Shown: positions 58,801 through 64,000 of the stretch, piece after piece
How the letters are laid out: every line of letters begins with the position of its first letter
Numbering within the stretch: the first letter of the stretch is position 1
The notes under the pieces: generated by a model
The model's database searches: none
Told to the model about the DNA's origin: nothing
What the model saw: only the letters and a program-made list of their open reading frames with translations
IMG/VR virus record: IMGVR_UViG_3300030433_003054
Origin: an uncultured virus (IMG/VR IMGVR_UViG_3300030433_003054)
Lineage: Duplodnaviria > Heunggongvirae > Uroviricota > Caudoviricetes
Reading direction: 5' to 3' (one strand)
DNA length: 64,000 nt
Made by a program: the position numbers and the translations under genes

Positions 58801-60069
58801 CATTGTTGATCCCCCAAAATCTAGTCCTGTCTGTCGCTGCCCATTTGTATAGTTCTCACCTGCTTTAATGTATTTGACGATATCCTTTACACCTTTTGAG
58901 GGGTCGCATGTTTGAGTCATGCGCTTAAAGTATAGGCCCAATGCTACACCCAATTTCCCCATTTCACAAACAGGGTCAGGGCCGAACATGGACGTTTGCT
59001 GTTCGCAATCTCTTTGATAGTCAGCCAGAGCATCAGAATAGCTTTTATAGCGATTTTTGAGCATGAATTGTCTAGCTGTTTCCAGCTTGGGGAGAAGATC
59101 AAACTCTTCGAAAATTTTCCCTTTCTTTATCTTTTGATCCAGTGCTGCCAGTGATGGAAGCACTGAGATAATTGCGATCTCTTCCTTATCGCTGCCGAAT
59201 CCCTGACTAATGATCTTTGGAGGCATATATTTACCGACCAATACAGAGGTAATGATATCTAGTGCAATCGGACGTGTTGATAGGGTTATATTGTTCAATT
59301 GGGCTGCCTGTATCTCAGGCAATAGGTCTAGGATACTGTTTGTGAACGCAACATTGCCATTGATAAACCGTTCTACCGTCGATACACTCAGAGCCATCGG
59401 ATTAGCTATCTCTCCCAGCTTCGTATTCTTAGTTATACCTAAACCCCTTGCTCTTGATAGAGCTTGTCTGAGGGGTGTTTCCTTGCCTGCTGTACTCTCT
59501 TGTGATGCACCAGCTAATTGTATCGCCTCAGCAATAGATAAGGGTGTGCCGTCAGTGTGGAATACCTGCCTGACCAATAAAGAGCGAAACCCCTGCTTTG
59601 ATTGCTTATTATACACGTTGAACCATCGCTGTTCTGCTTCCTTTACATACTCCTTATACTTGGAGTCAGAGGCAATAAGGAAGGCGATTGTACGACCGTT
59701 GCCAGCTAGTACAAAGTGTTTCCCTTTATTGTCCTCCCATACAACGGGCGCACCCAACGTCGGATCACCCGATGCTACTAGCATACGGGTGGGATCAAAC
59801 TTATTGGCTATTTTACGAATCTTTGCCGATTCACCAACCGAAGATAAGTCCCTAGCCTGAAATTCTTCTAAATATTCTTTGTTTGGTTTAAAGTCAGGAA
59901 GGTTTGAGGCAATAGCCCCCCTGCGTCCATCAAGGGACGTAGGGAGGGTTTTATAGACCACCATATACTCACGACCTGCTGCATCAAATAAGGGCTGCTG
60001 TGCGGAGCACTGAGAGGGTAATACATTGAATCTATCTCTGAGTGCTTTAATAATTATTTCACTGCTCAT
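55873..60069 (-). CDS. Large polyvalent protein with N-terminal DdrB-like ParB domain (1398 aa)
   Basis: IASN..F..N..Y..E.QARD..IA..FDP.R..GAPVV..VLAGNGRT matches the DdrB-like ParB pattern. Confidence 0.7.
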   Translation of the reverse strand: MSSEIIIKALRDRFNVLPSQCSAQQPLFDAAGREYMVVYKTLPTSLDGRRGAIASNLPDFKPNKEYLEEFQARDLSSVGESAKIRKIANKFDPTRMLVASGDPTLGAPVVWEDNKGKHFVLAGNGRTIAFLIASDSKYKEYVKEAEQRWFNVYNKQSKQGFRSLLVRQVFHTDGTPLSIAEAIQLAGASQESTAGKETPLRQALSRARGLGITKNTKLGEIANPMALSVSTVERFINGNVAFTNSILDLLPEIQAAQLNNITLSTRPIALDIITSVLVGKYMPPKIISQGFGSDKEEIAIISVLPSLAALDQKIKKGKIFEEFDLLPKLETARQFMLKNRYKSYSDALADYQRDCEQQTSMFGPDPVCEMGKLGVALGLYFKRMTQTCDPSKGVKDIVKYIKAGENYTNGQRQTGLDFGGSTMFDKDDPSEYGEVAYTIFVNHTLPPRLAQELVSNPQESELSNVRKEIAPHMFVIFKISDDEYGISLGDPTHGRSRLKYKGSKNDIEDWIYEGNASENLIIDTTKAGFVSPFYTQWYVDNMMKVVVPRNIELLILNALPDRFASVVQEIEEDAGLMGEIDEEQQQMFREYIIEYLSKIMEKKSSLKKELMRSKSIESLEANFKDDLSDLEKIKKMFDDNLSPMSKNEILEQTKNYFIRKYEHPPEEPITEKYLFDYVKKALEKLHAEVRTEIMPKLQEQSMRQFEKDRYIKLDRTIYKELYALKENFKDPKIRNTHLYNVAVALHEIFKNDEWKNYLWEGDSFNLKKTLSKAFLHRSNEAKALHKSGAKTKTAILNRFYDLLEAIGIPDMVINAFKKTVEVGRVEKEDKPSESPFKTDVEEPYYVDIRGLKGTYEGQDFEAMGWKTNVGSCDVPSEFFAKFAHRNNKIWIHDKNYSFKTPLKEFADKKIKAAGKYDIGKKFPFVRPFYSEKYSLREHKKDACGSGSGRYFYTDQVAQFYKDSVLGVTPMCHYKGYYGLSKENKDMVMKMQNRLHYIRTKDHKKRTPIVTEYLRLFNANVCKTTRSGTDQRYYIANPDPVNIGYSSGSLKMLIAMPLDTDFFEFMNDNVDKWLEGTDDVGFEKEEVTLHHSHPKLPIDLYVHAHIRNGLTEYFAIYRMMDMQISIFSVAGHTSAVQAWGSNKRVLIDDGQYKDILLMGGGDISPRRQNAKTYFLKVLNHMKDFSGAKEKPKSKPKSRGKGKTYDKNPTTAHMQRIFDALKDNYGADIKKFVSANFWLDAKQNKVSFIRPKGSGFLRMSELGKVKITIPMFKKMAFSNNEIERKLVARSFIFKFFIWTNEYNQVAIYNVTSLSNQPPKSIFMGFGEDGHIESKRALLISDHSDMGKNEFKENLPQLIQALPIEETAKAMYEYILSILKEIRNEEEWQETSKDYADKVVK

Positions 60070-60070
60070 C

Positions 60071-61390
60071 TTAATCCTCTAATGCTCTGAATCGTGGTAA
60101 CAGAGCTTGTATTATCATATTATCTTTCTGCACCGAACGCATGAGGATATCTACCCTCTTATCAGATTTGGATTTGCCTTCGGAGCATAGACTTTTGTCT
60201 AGCAATCCCTTTTTCCGAAAAAGCCGATATATCGCATCAACCATATCAACAAAGTTTTGTCGGGTATTTTCCTGAATATATCGTCGTTCTTTCTTTGTGA
60301 ATTTGGTCTTTTTAACGGGCTTTTTAAAGGAAGCATTGGGATCACCAATATCTTTTCGCACCTGAGCTTGTGCCTGCTTGGTGCTTAGACCCTTCCATTT
60401 ATATTTCCCTAATTTCTCTTTCAGGCCGTACCATTCCCCCATTGCATGACGATATTGGGCTGCCCATCTATCCTCTAATGCTTTCTCTAAGCGGTTTATT
60501 GCTCCTCCCCCTTTTTTGAAATTGGTGTCAGCCCACTCTCTATTCGTTTTAATTTTTTGCCGTAAAGAAAGAGGAATTATACTGTTCTCATCTATCGGAT
60601 CAGCCCATATTGAGGACTTACAATCTCCACCACAAAGAAGAGAGAGAAAAGCTTTTGTCTTGTCCTTCGCTTTAATTACAGAGCATAGTTGAGGTTTTAT
60701 TATTGACCACAGTGTTTTGTAATACTCATTTTTATCTTTATTGAGCATTACCTCCTGAACGGATTTGCTAAATTCGTCCCATTCCCCTAAATGTGCTCTA
60801 AATTCCGTCCTATTAGGATCATTGACGTATACCAAATACCCATATTTTCTCTTAATTGCACTTGTACCAAACGATGTATTAGGGTCTTTTGCATGAGTTA
60901 ATTCGTGACGAATCACTCTTTTTAGAGAGTTCATGCTATTCCAGTACACTAATGGATCAGAGATATAAGTTCTTGCAAATGAATCTTTATGAGCATACCC
61001 ATTAACATAAACATCAATAGCCATTATTGACTTTCTTCTGTCGCCCCATGTTCTAGGGCCAGCATCATATCTTTCACCGCTTCGATGATCTTTGTATATT
61101 TCAATTCCCTGTACTCCACTAACAGGATCAAATAATTTCCATTCCTCAGTATCAGAATAAGCACTTAATTTTTTACCAATAATCCTGAATCTTTGTTCTC
61201 TTTTAGGAGTGCGCCCAGTATGAGGAGAAGAGGGTACAAAATCTTTGGAGAATAGTCTATCGTTCTCTATTCGTTCTCCTGATTCCTTCCATTCTCCAAA
61301 TATCAGACCTTCGATGTGCGCTATGGCTTCATCGAATACTGCTTGATCTTCGGGTGATAGCTTTATGGGATTAGGATTGTCTGTGTACAT
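60071..61390 (-). CDS. Zincin-like metallopeptidase (HELTH), paralog 1
   Basis: VIRHELTHAKDP..YVNDP.RTEFRAH; C-terminal IIQALLPRFRALED. Confidence 0.7.
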   Translation of the reverse strand: MYTDNPNPIKLSPEDQAVFDEAIAHIEGLIFGEWKESGERIENDRLFSKDFVPSSPHTGRTPKREQRFRIIGKKLSAYSDTEEWKLFDPVSGVQGIEIYKDHRSGERYDAGPRTWGDRRKSIMAIDVYVNGYAHKDSFARTYISDPLVYWNSMNSLKRVIRHELTHAKDPNTSFGTSAIKRKYGYLVYVNDPNRTEFRAHLGEWDEFSKSVQEVMLNKDKNEYYKTLWSIIKPQLCSVIKAKDKTKAFLSLLCGGDCKSSIWADPIDENSIIPLSLRQKIKTNREWADTNFKKGGGAINRLEKALEDRWAAQYRHAMGEWYGLKEKLGKYKWKGLSTKQAQAQVRKDIGDPNASFKKPVKKTKFTKKERRYIQENTRQNFVDMVDAIYRLFRKKGLLDKSLCSEGKSKSDKRVDILMRSVQKDNMIIQALLPRFRALED

Positions 61391-62583
61391 TAATCCTCCA
61401 AAGACTCAAATCGTTGTAACAGAGCTTGTATTATCATCTGATTTTTAGGCTTGTGAACCGAACGCATGAGAATAGCTGCCTTCTTATCAGATATCCGTTC
61501 ATACTGCGCATCATCGGATATACAAATTGAGGGGTCTAGTAATCCCTTTTTAGAAAAGAGAGAATAGATTGCATTGATCATATCGGTGTAATTATCTTTT
61601 CGATAGGCCCGTATCCGATTGCGCTCTTTCTTTGTGAATTTGGTCTTTGGCTTAGGTTTTCGCCCACCTTCTTTACGAAATTTATCTAGTTGTGCAAAAT
61701 AGACCTGTTCCCAATATTTTTTATGCTGTCCTTCATAAAAGTCGATGATGCTCTCTATCTCATCATCGTCAACCGTCGCAAAATTTTTATTGTGCACCAA
61801 ATTTCTAGCCAATTGATCGGGTACAAATCCCTCTCCTGACTCCATGTATCTGATAAATCGCTTGTTAAAATTCTTTCTGCCCTTATGATTCAACACACGA
61901 GAGCACCAGCTATCCCTTATTTTCTCCCATACATCTTTGTAATACTCATTTAAATTACGATTTGCATAAACAAACTGTATCTCTGACGTTAGATTATCCC
62001 ATTCACTCAGATGAGAGCGGAATTCTGCTCTCTTAGGATCATTGATATAGGTTCCAAATCCGAATTCATTCGAATATGCACTTGTTCCACCAGTCGCAAT
62101 CGCTTGTGTACCAATCCTCTTTTTCGTGGGGTCTTTTGCATGCGTTAATTCGTGACGGAGAGTGTTTTTAAAACCCAAATACGAATTCCAAAAAGAATAT
62201 GGCTCAAAAGTCTTTGCCCACTCAAAATCTTTTTTTTTCGGCCAGCCATTTAAATATACGAATAAGTGTAGTCTTGTGACTCTATGTGTTTCGGTTTTTC
62301 TAAATGTTTTTAATTCACCATATGTAAAGCCAAAGAGATATTTGTTCTTATTATGCTCCCTTTTAGAACCCTTTACAGTAATCGTTAAGGGAATTGGGCC
62401 TGTTCCTGCACGATCGATTATTACATCTTTCTCATAAATTAGTGTATTGGCTACTTGTCCTCTCTGAGTCGCCCATTTACCGAACATCAAACCTTCTAGT
62501 GTATCTAATATTTCATCATATATTTCTTGCTCTTTATGAGAGAGCTTTATCGGATTCGGATTTTCTACATATTGGATATTCAT
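61390..62583 (-). CDS. Zincin-like metallopeptidase (HELTH), paralog 2
   Basis: TLRHELTHAKDP..YINDP.RAEFRSH; likely start MNIQYVENPNP; C-terminal IIQALLQRFESLED. Confidence 0.7.
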   Translation of the reverse strand: MNIQYVENPNPIKLSHKEQEIYDEILDTLEGLMFGKWATQRGQVANTLIYEKDVIIDRAGTGPIPLTITVKGSKREHNKNKYLFGFTYGELKTFRKTETHRVTRLHLFVYLNGWPKKKDFEWAKTFEPYSFWNSYLGFKNTLRHELTHAKDPTKKRIGTQAIATGGTSAYSNEFGFGTYINDPKRAEFRSHLSEWDNLTSEIQFVYANRNLNEYYKDVWEKIRDSWCSRVLNHKGRKNFNKRFIRYMESGEGFVPDQLARNLVHNKNFATVDDDEIESIIDFYEGQHKKYWEQVYFAQLDKFRKEGGRKPKPKTKFTKKERNRIRAYRKDNYTDMINAIYSLFSKKGLLDPSICISDDAQYERISDKKAAILMRSVHKPKNQMIIQALLQRFESLED

Positions 62584-62599
62584 AATTTTGCCTAGAAAT

Positions 62600-62629
62600 A
62601 AAAGAGGGGAGGGAGATAACCCCCTCCCC
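62600..62629 (-). terminator. Rho-independent terminator
   Basis: GGGGAGGG stem followed by TCTTTT on the minus strand. Confidence 0.6.
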
Positions 62630-62656
62630 AAACACAAAGGAGATCTGAGTATGTGT

Positions 62657-64000
62657 TTAATAATATCTGCGTCGTCTAGCGGTATTTCGCCTAGTACGGT
62701 GACGTGGATTCGATTTTGTACCGACAATCTGCTGAAAGGTTTTGCCTTCGCTGAGGAGTTTTCGAACCTTGTCTTCCACAGCGGGAACGTCTTGGGTCTG
62801 ATATCGCTTCATGGTTTTTGCGATATTATCCACTAAGTCTTGCTGTTTTTTCTGTATCTTAACAAGCTCGGCTTTGAGTGCTCCCGTTTTACTAGCAATC
62901 ATCTTTTTCAATATAGGGCCAAATCCCTTAATGCTTTGAAAAAGGGTCAATCCATTGAGCCAATCAAAGATATCTCTATCAATTTTCTGATCTTTATTCC
63001 CCACTTTTATCGTTTGCTGTGGGTATTTAAATTTTTCATCAGGGTTTTTTTTTGAGGGTACATAAAAGTCGTATAACGGTTGCTCTGAATAGAGATGGTT
63101 ATGATCTCTGACACTCATGGGATATGCAAAGTGCATCTGTGGATTCTGTTTGAGCGAAGCCAATCCTTCGGCCCCTTTATCCAATGCTCCCACTATTCCC
63201 TGTAAGAGTCGTCTATCTTCCTCAGACAGTCCATCACTTTGAGTCGCACCGCCAGTTTGAGTCGCACCGCCAGTTTCGGGTTGACCAGTAAGTTTCTCTT
63301 CTTTGTCCTTTATTGCCTCATTCATTTTCTTTTGAAGAGTCTTAAAAGTCTTAGCTGTTGTTTTGTATCCAGCATCTTTTAGAGCTTTTTGAATAATCTT
63401 AGCGGCATCAGGATATTTGTTGCCTGAATTAATGAGTCTATCAAATGCTTTGTCTATGTAGTCCACACTAAAATCAATTTGCTGTTGATCTCCTCTTTTA
63501 ATCTTCTCATCAAGACCTTCGAAATTGTCAGCAATAGTGGTCGCATCATCTTTTGCATTTTCTAGGGTATATGATTCTTTAAACGGCTCTGCGGAGATAG
63601 TTACATAACTCTTTATTGTACTTTCCTCCCATGATGGAGTATCTTTGCTCCACATAGGAATATCAAATTTTTCCTCCACTAGATTGTAATTTTTCTCTAA
63701 TACAGATTCCAGTTTAGCCACTAGATCATCATACTTCTTTTCAGTGTTTAAAGGTTCGGTTGATTCAATAATCAAGCTGTAAGTTCCGTTTCCACCAATA
63801 GAATCACTATAAAATTGTACTACTGTTCCTTTTTTACTCACACCTTTAATTGAGGTCAGCTTAGATTCTAAGTCCTTTTCCACCTTCGAAATTAATGTTT
63901 TTGATAGCTTTTGTGACTTTTGAGGCTGTGGTGGCTGTGGTGGCTGTGGTGGTGCGACAGTTTTACCTGTTGCTTTTGCTGCGTCCCGTATAAGCTCTCT
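62657..64000 (-). CDS. Large hypothetical protein, 5'-truncated, with NP linkers and Arg-rich tail
   Basis: Frame is open to the window edge (..APPQPPQPPQP..). TGGATQ occurs twice; ends SNPRHRTRRNTARRRRYY. Confidence 0.75.
   Translation of the reverse strand, partial: RELIRDAAKATGKTVAPPQPPQPPQPQKSQKLSKTLISKVEKDLESKLTSIKGVSKKGTVVQFYSDSIGGNGTYSLIIESTEPLNTEKKYDDLVAKLESVLEKNYNLVEEKFDIPMWSKDTPSWEESTIKSYVTISAEPFKESYTLENAKDDATTIADNFEGLDEKIKRGDQQQIDFSVDYIDKAFDRLINSGNKYPDAAKIIQKALKDAGYKTTAKTFKTLQKKMNEAIKDKEEKLTGQPETGGATQTGGATQSDGLSEEDRRLLQGIVGALDKGAEGLASLKQNPQMHFAYPMSVRDHNHLYSEQPLYDFYVPSKKNPDEKFKYPQQTIKVGNKDQKIDRDIFDWLNGLTLFQSIKGFGPILKKMIASKTGALKAELVKIQKKQQDLVDNIAKTMKRYQTQDVPAVEDKVRKLLSEGKTFQQIVGTKSNPRHRTRRNTARRRRYY

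Larger units (their letters stand above)
1..64000. mobile_element. Fragment of a large bacterial dsDNA virus (phage) genome or virus-like element
   Basis: Dense, mostly co-oriented hypothetical genes with lysozyme, amidases, holin-like gene, RusA, primase, DarB-like protein, DUF932 and methyltransferases. No housekeeping operons recognised. Bacterial promoters and RBSs. Confidence 0.85.

Noticed and set aside
59210..59860. 216-aa plus-strand ORF and similar antisense ORFs (for example 22547..23065, 15940..16395, 16926..17345)
   Set aside because: They are shadows of well-supported minus-strand genes and show no motifs of their own.
1..64000. Stop-codon reassignment, tRNA/rRNA genes, reverse transcriptase/DGR, IS elements
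   Set aside because: Long ORFs are intact under code 11 and TAA, TAG and TGA all end genes. I noticed no cloverleaf, RT or transposase motifs; no covariance search was run.

Overview
This window looks like a continuous 64-kb piece of a large, AT-rich bacterial dsDNA virus genome (or virus-like element), cut inside genes at both ends. Genes are densely packed, mostly on the minus strand, with sigma70-type promoters and GGAG ribosome-binding sites. I recognised no ribosomal, tRNA or core metabolic genes. Recognisable functions: replication/recombination (DUF3987 P-loop protein, AEP-like primase, RusA, tyrosine recombinase, DEDDh exonuclease, Rad52-like annealase, SNF2 helicase); DNA modification and anti-defence (MT-A70 and NPPY methyltransferases, 2221-aa DarB-like methyltransferase-helicase, DdrB-like ParB polyvalent protein, XF1762/Mom-like GNAT, GREB1/TAGT-like glycosyltransferase); three peptidoglycan hydrolases; an actin-like ATPase; and Ser/Thr/Gly-rich virion-type proteins. 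I recognised no terminase, portal, HK97 capsid or tail tube/sheath gene. Unexplained patterns: (1) a short peptide, roughly E-x-h-I-h-x-A-L-x-x-R-F, occurs 9 times in 8 mostly unrelated proteins, usually at a terminus, like a sorting or packaging tag; (2) Asn-Pro dipeptides fall exactly at the domain boundaries of a five-module polyprotein containing a disulfide-less Cu/Zn SOD, and recur in linkers of other proteins, suggesting programmed proteolysis; (3) about nine proteins, including enzymes, have a C-terminal membrane anchor but no signal peptide, suggesting a membrane-containing virion; (4) repeated operator-promoter-hairpin-RBS and terminator cassettes, whose operator half-site TCATAAA also forms an 11-bp-phased array near the replication gene. 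All family calls are from motif recognition by eye; no database search was run.
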